DNA of 64,000 nucleotides. Source: Candidatus Dormiibacterota bacterium. Its GTDB lineage: Bacteria; Chloroflexota; Dormibacteria; Aeolococcales; Aeolococcaceae. The DNA is taken from positions 10,513 to 74,512 of the forward strand of contig PLWW01000109.1 in NCBI GenBank assembly GCA_003153125.1. The letters are read 5' to 3'. The translations under genes were made by a program, and so were the position numbers. The notes under the pieces are model-generated. The model was not told the origin of the DNA. It saw nothing but the letters and a program-made list of their open reading frames with translations, and searched no databases. Positions 54,697-62,580 of the stretch are shown here, one piece after another (the first letter of the stretch is position 1; each line of letters begins with the position of its first letter).

Positions 54697-55609
54697 TTGG
54701 CTAAGGCGCTGGCCCGGTGTCCGCCACAACGAGCCTCTCTCGCGGCACAGCCAATTCGGTATCGGCGGGCCTGCCGATCTCTTCCTGCGCCTCGACGACC
54801 TGGCGATGGTTGCCGAGCTTGTCGGGGAGTGCACGGAGAACGGCGTGGCCCTGACCCTGCTTGGCGCGGGGACCAACGCGCTGGTGCTGGACGGTGGCAT
54901 CCGCGGCATGGCCCTGCGTGTGATGAGCCGCGAGGTCAGCGCCGGCGACGGTGAGGTCACGCTGGCAGCCGGGGCCATGCTGCCCCGCGTGGCTCTCGAC
55001 CTCGCCCGTCGCGGCCTCGGGGGCATGGAGTGGGGCATCGGCGTTCCCGGCACCTGTGGCGCCTCGATCTGGGGGAACGCGGGCGCATTCGGCGGCGAGG
55101 TCTCCACCAGCCTGGTCAGCTGCGAGGTCGCCGCTCCCGATGGCACGACGGCGTGGATCGACGCCGCCGACTGTGCCTTCGGCTACCGACATTCCCGGTT
55201 CAAGGACGACCTGCGCGGTCACGTGGTCCTGCGCGGGCGGTTCGCCGTGGTCGCGGACACCGAGGCGGCGGTGCGGCGCCGGACCGACTCCGTCCAGGCC
55301 GAGCGCAAGCGCACCCAGCCCTACGGCGTCCGCAGCCTGGGAAGCACCTTCAAGAATCCTCCCGGTGACTTCGCCGGTCGCCTCATCGAGGCAGCCGGGC
55401 TGGCCGGCCGCACCCATGGCGGCGCCCAGGTGTCCCCCAAGCACGCCAACTTCATCCTCAACATCGACCACGCCACCGCGGCCGATGTGCTGGCGCTCGT
55501 CGCCGTCGCCCGCGACGAGGTCGCCTCCAGGTTCGGCGTGGTCCTGGAGCGTGAGATCGAGGTGCTTGGAGAGCCCGCCGCAGCTCCGGCGGGGGCGAGC
55601 GCCTCGTGA
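54686..55609 (+). CDS. murB: UDP-N-acetylenolpyruvoylglucosamine reductase
   Basis: 'EPLSRHSQFGIGGPADLF', 'LLGAGTNALVLDGGIRG', 'IGVPGTCGASIWGNAGAFGGEV', 'YRHSRF', 'SLGSTFKNP' and 'SPKHANFILN'. GTG 54686 overlaps the upstream gene by 11 nt. Confidence 0.9.
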   Translation: MSTDWLRRWPGVRHNEPLSRHSQFGIGGPADLFLRLDDLAMVAELVGECTENGVALTLLGAGTNALVLDGGIRGMALRVMSREVSAGDGEVTLAAGAMLPRVALDLARRGLGGMEWGIGVPGTCGASIWGNAGAFGGEVSTSLVSCEVAAPDGTTAWIDAADCAFGYRHSRFKDDLRGHVVLRGRFAVVADTEAAVRRRTDSVQAERKRTQPYGVRSLGSTFKNPPGDFAGRLIEAAGLAGRTHGGAQVSPKHANFILNIDHATAADVLALVAVARDEVASRFGVVLEREIEVLGEPAAAPAGASAS

Positions 55610-56790
55610 GCACGGTCGCCGCCATCTTCGGGAGCAGGTCGGTCGAACACGAGGTCTCGGTGATCACGGCCCACCAGGCGATGGCCGCGCTCTCACCGCG
55701 ACACCGGGCGGTGCCCGTCTACATCGCCAAGGACGGCCGCTGGTACACGGGCGACGCGCTCCTGCGTCTCGACGGCTTCGCGGATGCGGACAGCCTTGTC
55801 GCCGGCTGCACGATGATCACCCCGGTCATCGACCCATCGCGGCCCGGGCTGGCACTGGCGCCCGCCGCGACGGCGCGCCGCGGCCTCTTCACCCGTGGGG
55901 GCGGTGACGCCATCGACGTCGAGGTGGCCATGCCGCTCGTGCACGGCAGCTTCGGCGAGGACGGCAGCCTCCAGGGCCTGCTCGAGATGGCCGGGATCCC
56001 CTACACGGGCAGCGGCGTCGCGGCCTCGGCGGTGGCCATGGACAAATCGCTGGCCAAGACGTTGATCCGCGCCGCCGGTCTCCCCGTCCTCGACGACGTC
56101 GTCATCGAACGGGCGGCGTGGCGGAGCGATCCCGACCACGCCGTCGCGGCCGCCGAGGCCCTGGCACCGTACCCGCTCTTCGTCAAGCCGGCGGGGCTGG
56201 GGTCGAGCATCGGGGTGTCCCGCGCCGGCGACGCCGCGGTGCTGCGCGAGGCCGTCGAGGTGGCTCTCACCTACGACCATCGCTGCCTCGTCGAGGCCGA
56301 GCAGGAGGGCATCGTCGAGATCAACTGCGCCGTCCTCGGCGACGGCGCCGACACGCGCGCCTCGCTGCTCGAACAGCCCACCAGGCGCGGCCTGCTCAGC
56401 TACGACGACAAGTATCGGGCCACCGGGGCCAAGGGTTCGTCGGCCGGCATGAAGGGCGCACAGCGGATCATCCCGGCGCCGTTGACCGACGCCCTCGCTT
56501 CGCGCATCAGCGCCGCGGCCCTCGCCGCCTTCGCAGCAGTGGGTGCGTCAGGTGTCGCCAGGGTCGACTTCCTTGTCGACGCCGCCGCGGAGCGCTTCGT
56601 GGTCAACGAGCTCAACCCCATCCCCGGCTCGCTGTCCTTCTATCTCTTCGAGCCCGCGGGCGTGTCCTTCACCGCGCTGCTGGACGAGTTGATCGAGATC
56701 GCCCAGCGACGGCACGCGCAACGCACCGCCAGCACCATGGTGTTCGACCGATGGATGCTCGGGGGCGGGGGCGCCAAGACCACCCCGTGA
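55606..56790 (+). CDS. ddl: D-alanine--D-alanine ligase family protein (long form)
   Basis: 'AIFGSRSVEHEVSVITA', 'PLVHGSFGEDGSLQGLLEMAGIPYTGSGVAASAVAMDKSLAK', 'LFVKPAGLGSSIGVS', 'GVARVDFLV' and 'VVNELNPIPGSLSFYLF'. GTGA overlap with murB. Substrate specificity (D-Ala-D-Ala versus D-Ala-D-X) was not determined. Confidence 0.85.
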   Translation: MSTVAAIFGSRSVEHEVSVITAHQAMAALSPRHRAVPVYIAKDGRWYTGDALLRLDGFADADSLVAGCTMITPVIDPSRPGLALAPAATARRGLFTRGGGDAIDVEVAMPLVHGSFGEDGSLQGLLEMAGIPYTGSGVAASAVAMDKSLAKTLIRAAGLPVLDDVVIERAAWRSDPDHAVAAAEALAPYPLFVKPAGLGSSIGVSRAGDAAVLREAVEVALTYDHRCLVEAEQEGIVEINCAVLGDGADTRASLLEQPTRRGLLSYDDKYRATGAKGSSAGMKGAQRIIPAPLTDALASRISAAALAAFAAVGASGVARVDFLVDAAAERFVVNELNPIPGSLSFYLFEPAGVSFTALLDELIEIAQRRHAQRTASTMVFDRWMLGGGGAKTTP

Positions 56791-57557
56791 TCGCAGGGAC
56801 CGCCGAGGAGCCGGCCGCCGCCGTGATCGACGAGGGCAGCGGGGCGCCGCTGCTCCTGCTCCACGGGTGGGGTGCAAGCAAGGAGCTGATGACTCCACTT
56901 GCGCAGCGGCTCCACGGCTACCGCATCGTCGCTCCCGATCTGCCCGGTTTCGGCGCAACCCCACCGCCGCGTGAGGCGTGGGGGGTCGACGAGTACGCGG
57001 CCTGGGTGATCACACTGCTCGATCGGCTGGGCATCGAGCGCACGCACATCGTCGGGCACTCCAACGGCGGCCGCGTGGCCATCGCCCTCGCCGCCGGCCA
57101 TCCTGGCAGGGTTGAGCGGCTGGTTCTCACCGACAGCGCCGGGATCAGGCCGCGCCACGGGTTGACGTATCGGTGGCGGGTGGCCACGTTCAAGATGCTG
57201 CGCGCGGCCTCCCTCTGGCGATGGCTGCCCATGGCGGTGCGCGACATGGCGCGGCGCCGCGCGGCGTTGCGGGGTAGCACGGACTACCGAGCGGCCTCGG
57301 GAACGCTGCGAGCCAGCATGGTGCGGCTGGTCAACGCCGACCTGCGCCCTCAGCTCTCGCGATTGGCGACGTCGACACTGTTGATCTGGGGCGCGCGCGA
57401 CCAGGACACGCCGCTCAGCGATGCGCGCGCCATGGAACGGCTCATCCCCGACGCAGGGCTTGTGGTGTTCGAGGGCTCCGGGCATTTCGCGTACGCGGAG
57501 GAACCCGATCGTTTCTGCCGCATCGTCGACGTCTTTCTCCGCGGTGAAGCTCCGTGA
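56787..57557 (+). CDS. Alpha/beta-hydrolase with intact Ser-Asp-His pattern, embedded in the dcw cluster
   Basis: 'PLLLLHGWGASKE', nucleophile elbow 'IVGHSNGGRVA', 'LLIWGARDQDTP' and 'GSGHFAYAEEP'. GTGA overlaps on both sides (with ddl and with the MurF-like gene). Confidence 0.8.
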   Translation: MIAGTAEEPAAAVIDEGSGAPLLLLHGWGASKELMTPLAQRLHGYRIVAPDLPGFGATPPPREAWGVDEYAAWVITLLDRLGIERTHIVGHSNGGRVAIALAAGHPGRVERLVLTDSAGIRPRHGLTYRWRVATFKMLRAASLWRWLPMAVRDMARRRAALRGSTDYRAASGTLRASMVRLVNADLRPQLSRLATSTLLIWGARDQDTPLSDARAMERLIPDAGLVVFEGSGHFAYAEEPDRFCRIVDVFLRGEAP

Positions 57558-59203
57558 CTGACGTGCTCCAGGGGGTGCTCGTCGCCGTCGCCTGCGCCGC
57601 CTGGCTTGGGCTGCTCGTCCGAGCCGGGCTGGTGGGGGCGCGCATGTACCAGATCGAGGAGTACGACGCCCGGCGCCTTTTCGCGTGGGGGGCCAACCGG
57701 TCCTGGCTGCTCCATCGCAGCGCGCTGGTCGCGGCCGCCCCTGCCGCCGTCCTCACCGTGCTCGCCATCGCTCGTGTCGCCGCAAGTGGATTTCACACTG
57801 AGTTTCCCGCCGCGTGGATTGCCGGGCTCGGCGCCGCTCACCTGCTCTGGCGGTGGCTGCCTTCCAAGAAGGAACTCGTGTACACGCCGCGGCTGCGCCG
57901 CATGCTGGCGACCGCTGCGGGCCTCTCCGCCGCAGTCGCCATCGGGCTGGCGCTGATCTTTGAAGTCAACTCTGCGGTCGGCGCCGTCATCGCCGTCGCG
58001 GTCTCTCTTGGTTTCCCGGCGCTGAGCCTGTCTTTCCTTGTGACCGCCAACGCGCTCAACAGACCGATCGAGGCTGCGGTGCGACGGCGGTTCTTGCGCA
58101 GCGCTCGGCGCCGAATGGAGGAGTTCCACCCACTGGTGATCGCGGTAGCGGGGAGCTACGGGAAGACGTCGACCAAGCACATCCTCGCTCACCTGCTCGA
58201 GCAGTACGGACCGACGCTGGCCACGCCCAAGAGCTTCAACACCCTGATGGGCGTCTGCCGCACCGTCAACGACGTGCTCGACGCGCACCACCGCACCTTC
58301 ATCGTCGAGATGGACGCGTACGGCCCCGGGGAGATTGCCGCCATCTGCGCACTGGTCCGCCCCCGCCACGCCCTGGTCACGTCGGTGGGGCCCCAGCACC
58401 TCGAGCGGTTCGGGACCATGGAGCGGATCAGTGCAGCGCTCGACGAGACCGTCGCCGCGCTGGGCGAGGGCGGCTTCGCGGTGGTGTACGGCGGCGATGA
58501 TGCGTCGGCGGCCCTCGCCGACAGGGCGGTCGCCGCCGGTCACGAGGTGATCCGCTACGGCATCGCGGGCAGCGCGCAACAACTCGACGTTGTTGCCGAG
58601 AATGTCCAGATCACGGGGAGCGGCTCACGATTCACATGGCGATGGCCCGGCAGCGGCCTCAGCCACGACATCGCGCTGCCGCTGCTCGGCCGCCACCAGG
58701 TGCTCAACGTCAGCGCGGCCCTGGCGACGGTGCACCGTCTCGGCCTTCCCCTGCAGCCGGCACTGACCGCGCTGCCGTCGCTGCAGCCCGTCGACCATCG
58801 CCTCCAACCGGTCCCCACCGGCAACGCCATCACCGTCATCGACGACTCCTACAACGCCAACCCGGTCGGTGTGCACAACGGCCTCGAGGTGCTCGCCCAG
58901 CTGGACGCGCGGGCGCGAATCCTGGTCACCCCCGGCCTGGTCGAGCTTGGCGCGGTCGAGGACGAGGAGAACCGCCGCTACGGCGAGCACGCCGCCCGTG
59001 TCTGCGACCACGTCATCGTCATGGACGCGCGCCCGGCCCGGGCCCTGCGCGACGGTCTGCGCGCCGGCGGCATGGCCGATGACCGCGTGCACGTGGTGCG
59101 CACGCTCGCCGAGGCAACGGCCGTGATCGGTCGCGTCGCGGTCGCCGGGGACGCCGTGCTGTTCGCCAACGACCTTCCCGACACGTACCTCGGGGCGGCC
59201 TGA
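57554..59203 (+). CDS. MurF-type Mur ligase with an N-terminal ~190-aa multi-TM domain
   Basis: Residues ~195-549 carry 'VIAVAGSYGKTSTKHILAHLL', 'SFNTLMGV', 'VEMDAYGPGEIAAI', 'LVTSVGPQHLERFG', 'GRHQVLNVSAA' and 'IDDSYNANPVGV' (MurF-like). Residues 1-~190 are dominated by hydrophobic helices. GC3 is high throughout. Confidence 0.75.
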   Translation: MTDVLQGVLVAVACAAWLGLLVRAGLVGARMYQIEEYDARRLFAWGANRSWLLHRSALVAAAPAAVLTVLAIARVAASGFHTEFPAAWIAGLGAAHLLWRWLPSKKELVYTPRLRRMLATAAGLSAAVAIGLALIFEVNSAVGAVIAVAVSLGFPALSLSFLVTANALNRPIEAAVRRRFLRSARRRMEEFHPLVIAVAGSYGKTSTKHILAHLLEQYGPTLATPKSFNTLMGVCRTVNDVLDAHHRTFIVEMDAYGPGEIAAICALVRPRHALVTSVGPQHLERFGTMERISAALDETVAALGEGGFAVVYGGDDASAALADRAVAAGHEVIRYGIAGSAQQLDVVAENVQITGSGSRFTWRWPGSGLSHDIALPLLGRHQVLNVSAALATVHRLGLPLQPALTALPSLQPVDHRLQPVPTGNAITVIDDSYNANPVGVHNGLEVLAQLDARARILVTPGLVELGAVEDEENRRYGEHAARVCDHVIVMDARPARALRDGLRAGGMADDRVHVVRTLAEATAVIGRVAVAGDAVLFANDLPDTYLGAA

Positions 59204-59306
59204 CACCTCCCGAGGATTGCGCCGGACGGCGTCGCAACGCCGCGATCGGTCCCATACTGTGCGGACCGGCGCCCTGGTGCGCGTCTCAGCTCACGTCCTT
59301 CTCTCC

Positions 59307-60431
59307 ATGCCCCAGAAACTCACTGAGCGCCCTTCTGCGTTTCCCGTGCTCGACGACGCCGGAGCGCGCCAGGCGCAGATCCGCGCCATCGCCGCCGGCC
59401 TTGTCGACGGCCCCCGCATGGGACGACGCTTCCACCGCCCCGCCGGCGTCCCGCTGCAACCCTCCGTGCGACGTCGTCGTCACGGGGAGGGACTCCGCCA
59501 GGTCGCGGTGGAGCGTCAGCGCGGCCTCCTGTTGCGCCGCCTCCTCGGTGTCGGGCTGCTCGTCGCCCAGGTGGGCGCGCTGGCTGTCCTCCTCACCGCC
59601 CCCGCCTTCCGCGTCCACACGATCGACGTCAGCGGTGAACGCCTGCTCAGCCGCGACGCCGTGCTCGCCGCGGCCCGCGTGCCCACGTCGAGCCTCTTCA
59701 CCGTCGACGGCGACGCCATCCGGGCGCGCATCGCCCAGCTCCCCTGGGTGCGCTCGGTGTCGGTGACCACCTCGCTGCCGTCGACGATCCAGATCGCCGT
59801 CACCGAGTGGCAGCCCGACCTCGTCGTCCGCCATTCCTCGACGACCACCCTGGTCGCGGCCGATGGCGCGACGCTGCGAACGGACCACTCCACGACGGCG
59901 CCGCCCAATGACGTGGCGGTTCTCCTCGACCAGCGCACGGGCGCCCAGCAGCCCCTGATCGCGGGGGCGGTCGACCTCCTGGCCAGCGCCGCGTCGCGCT
60001 GGGCGACGGTCTTCGGCTGCAAGCTCGACGCCTTCGTGCTGAGCAGCAGCAACGTGCTCTCGGCATGGTGCAGCAGCGGCTGGCAGGCCGTCTTCGGGGC
60101 GCTCGACAGCAACGATGCGCTGGCGGCCATCCCCGGGCAGCTCGCCGCGCTTGCCGCGCTCACGGGCCGGGTCGACCTCGCCCACCCCGCCTTCGGCTAC
60201 GTCGACCTGGAGAACGCGTCGTCCCCGGCGATCGGCGGCCATCCCGGCGAGCCCGCCTGGGTCGCCGCCGCCGTTGCGGGCGGCGCCCTGTCCACCACAG
60301 CCCCCGTGTCCGGCGCCGCCTCCGCATCAGCCTCGCCGCTGCCCTCGCCGGCCACCCCGGCGACAGCGCCGCCAACCCCCACCCCGTTCATCTTCCACCT
60401 CGTGCCATCGTCGCCGCCAGGCCAGCGCTGA
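59307..60431 (+). CDS. ftsQ: Cell-division protein FtsQ (POTRA domain) with Ala/Pro/Ser-rich C-terminal tail
   Basis: TM helix 'LLGVGLLVAQVGALAVLL', then POTRA 'FRVHTIDVSGERLLSRDAVLAAARVPTSSLFTVDGDAIRARIAQLPWVRSVSV'. ATG 59307 was chosen as start. Confidence 0.8.
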   Translation: MPQKLTERPSAFPVLDDAGARQAQIRAIAAGLVDGPRMGRRFHRPAGVPLQPSVRRRRHGEGLRQVAVERQRGLLLRRLLGVGLLVAQVGALAVLLTAPAFRVHTIDVSGERLLSRDAVLAAARVPTSSLFTVDGDAIRARIAQLPWVRSVSVTTSLPSTIQIAVTEWQPDLVVRHSSTTTLVAADGATLRTDHSTTAPPNDVAVLLDQRTGAQQPLIAGAVDLLASAASRWATVFGCKLDAFVLSSSNVLSAWCSSGWQAVFGALDSNDALAAIPGQLAALAALTGRVDLAHPAFGYVDLENASSPAIGGHPGEPAWVAAAVAGGALSTTAPVSGAASASASPLPSPATPATAPPTPTPFIFHLVPSSPPGQR

Positions 60432-60468
60432 GCAGGAGCCGGCCGGCCCGGACGGTTCGATCGCCGGG

Positions 60469-61356
60469 TCAGGCGGCTTCCCAGGGCCTGGCGATGCGCA
60501 GCGCGGTGAGGATGGCGCGGGTGGCGGGGGAGCGGTTGAGGGTGATGAAGTGGATGCCCGGCGCGCCCGCCCGGAGCAGCTCACTGCACTGCAGCGTCGC
60601 CCAGGCCACACCGAGCTGGATCACCGCAGCCGCGTCGTCGGCGCGCGTCTCCAGGGCTGCGCGCAGTGCCGCGGGGATCGACGCACCGATCTTTGCCGTG
60701 AAGCGGTAGACCTGGTCGACGTTGGTGATCGGCATGATCCCGGGCACGATGGGCACGCCGATGCCGGCCGCCCGGGCGCGGTCGACAAAGCTGAAGTAGC
60801 GGCTGTTGTCGAAGAACAGCTGGGTGATCAGGAAGCTGGCCCCGGCGTCGACCTTCTGGCGGGCGGCGTGGACGTCGTCGTCGAGGCTGGCCGACTCGAC
60901 GTGCTTCTCGGGCGAGCACGCGGCGCCGACGCAGAGATCGGTGTTGGTGCTGACCAGGCGCACCAGCTCACTGCCGTAGCGCAGCCCTCCCTCACAGGCG
61001 ACGAACCTGCCCTCCCCGTTCGGTGGATCGCCGCGCAGGGCGAGGACGTTCTCGATGCCGACCTCCCGGTAGCGGCGGATCTCGGCGAGAAGGTCCTCGA
61101 CCGTCGAGTCCCGGCAGGTGAGGTGCGCCATGGGCACGAGCCCGGTTTCGAGGTTGATGCGCTCCACGAGGCGGACGGTGCGGTCGTCGCGCTGGCTGCC
61201 CCCGGCGCCGTGGGTCACCGACACGAACGCGGGCGCCAGGTGGCGCAGCGCCGCGATCGTGGCGAAAAGCCGGTCGGCACCCTCGTCGTCACGCGGGGGG
61301 AAGAACTCGAACGAGAACAGCGGCTCGTCGTGTGCGAAGAGGCTGTCGATGCGCAT
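60469..61356 (-). CDS. metF: Methylenetetrahydrofolate reductase
   Basis: 'FSFEFFPPRDDEG', 'FVSVTHGAGGS', 'PMAHLTC', 'NVLALRGDPP', 'ASFLITQLFFD' and 'VPIVPGIMPI'. Confidence 0.9.
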   Translation of the reverse strand: MRIDSLFAHDEPLFSFEFFPPRDDEGADRLFATIAALRHLAPAFVSVTHGAGGSQRDDRTVRLVERINLETGLVPMAHLTCRDSTVEDLLAEIRRYREVGIENVLALRGDPPNGEGRFVACEGGLRYGSELVRLVSTNTDLCVGAACSPEKHVESASLDDDVHAARQKVDAGASFLITQLFFDNSRYFSFVDRARAAGIGVPIVPGIMPITNVDQVYRFTAKIGASIPAALRAALETRADDAAAVIQLGVAWATLQCSELLRAGAPGIHFITLNRSPATRAILTALRIARPWEAA

Positions 61357-61403
61357 GGCAGGTCATGGTGACCGACCTCCCCGGTTCTGCGCCACCGTGC
61401 TGC

Positions 61404-61409
61404 TACCGT
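61404..61409 (+). promoter_or_regulatory. Extended -10-like TGCTACCGT, 7 nt upstream of GTG 61417
   Basis: The sequence reads TGC-TACCGT-tgatgcc-GTG, with no SD. Confidence 0.35.
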
Positions 61410-61416
61410 TGATGCC

Positions 61417-62463
61417 GTGCTCGCAGTTCGCGCCGCCCGCTACGGCGGCGACGACCCGCTCTCCAACCTCGAGGTGACCGAGGTCGACGACCCCGTTCCG
61501 GGGAGCGGCGAGGTGCTCATCGCCGTCGGGGCGGCGGCGCTCAACCACCACGACCTGTGGACGCTGCGCGGGATCAGCTCGCGTCCGCTCACGGCTCCCC
61601 AGGTCCTCGGCTGCGACGCGGCCGGCACCGTGCTCGCCTACGGCCCGGGCGACCCGCCTGAGGGGTGCCCGCCGCCCGGCGCCGCCGTCGTGGTGCACAG
61701 CCTGATCACCTGCGGCCGCTGCGCGGCGTGCCGCTCCGGCGACGAACCGAGCTGCCCGCGCATGGGCATGCTGAGCGAGCCGCCCAACCCGGGCACGCTC
61801 GCCGAGCGCCTGGTCGTGCCGGTGGGCAACATCCTGCCGCTTCCTGAGACCGTCGACGTGGTGACCGCCGCGTGCCTCCCGACGGCCTACCTCACCGCCT
61901 ATCGGATGCTTTTCGTGAGGGCGGCCCTGCGCCCCGGGCAACGCGTTCTCGTCCACGGCGCCACCGGTGGCGTGGCCAGCGCGGCCATCCTCATGGGGTC
62001 GGCGTGCGGCCTCAGCGTCTTCGCGACATCGCGTGACCCCGGCAAGCGGGCCATCGCCATCGAGCTCGGCGCCGTGGCCGCCTTCCCCATCGAGCGGGGC
62101 GCCGTCAAAGAGGTGCTCGCCGCCAGCGGCGGCGGCGTCGACGCGGTCCTCGACACGGTGGGCGAAGCCACCTGGGACTTCTCGCTGCGCGTGGTCAGGC
62201 CGGGCGGCGTGGTGGTCGTGTCGGGTGCGACGAGCGGGCCCAATCCGCCTGCCCAGCTCAACCGCATCTTCTGGCGGCAGCTGACCATCGCGGGCAGCAC
62301 CATGGGGGCGCGCGCCGACCTGTCGCGTGTCGTCGAGATGTGCGCCACGGGCCGGCTGCACCCCCTCGTCGACTCGGTGCGACCGCTTCCACAGGCGGCC
62401 GAGGCGTTCGCGGCGCTCGCCGCCGGCGAGCGCCGCGGAAAGCTGCTACTGACACCGGCCTGA
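61417..62463 (+). CDS. Zinc-binding medium-chain dehydrogenase/reductase (quinone oxidoreductase/ADH family)
   Basis: 'EVLIAVGAAALNHHDLW', a structural-zinc-like Cys cluster 'CGRCAACRSGDEPSC', and the NAD(P)-binding 'VLVHGATGGVASAAI'. Confidence 0.8.
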   Translation: MLAVRAARYGGDDPLSNLEVTEVDDPVPGSGEVLIAVGAAALNHHDLWTLRGISSRPLTAPQVLGCDAAGTVLAYGPGDPPEGCPPPGAAVVVHSLITCGRCAACRSGDEPSCPRMGMLSEPPNPGTLAERLVVPVGNILPLPETVDVVTAACLPTAYLTAYRMLFVRAALRPGQRVLVHGATGGVASAAILMGSACGLSVFATSRDPGKRAIAIELGAVAAFPIERGAVKEVLAASGGGVDAVLDTVGEATWDFSLRVVRPGGVVVVSGATSGPNPPAQLNRIFWRQLTIAGSTMGARADLSRVVEMCATGRLHPLVDSVRPLPQAAEAFAALAAGERRGKLLLTPA

Positions 62464-62580
62464 GCGGCGGTCACCACCGTCCGTTAACCCGCGCTTACCA
62501 CCGCCACCACCGCGGCGAGCCTAGCCTCGTGAGCTGTTGGCGGTGTCCGGCACCGCGTCGTCAGTCCAGGAGGGCAACCG

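Noticed and set aside
60432-61416. Calling ftsA, ftsZ and murE absent from the organism.
   Set aside because: The window only shows they are not attached to this dcw cluster. They may lie elsewhere in the genome, so only the local absence is reported.
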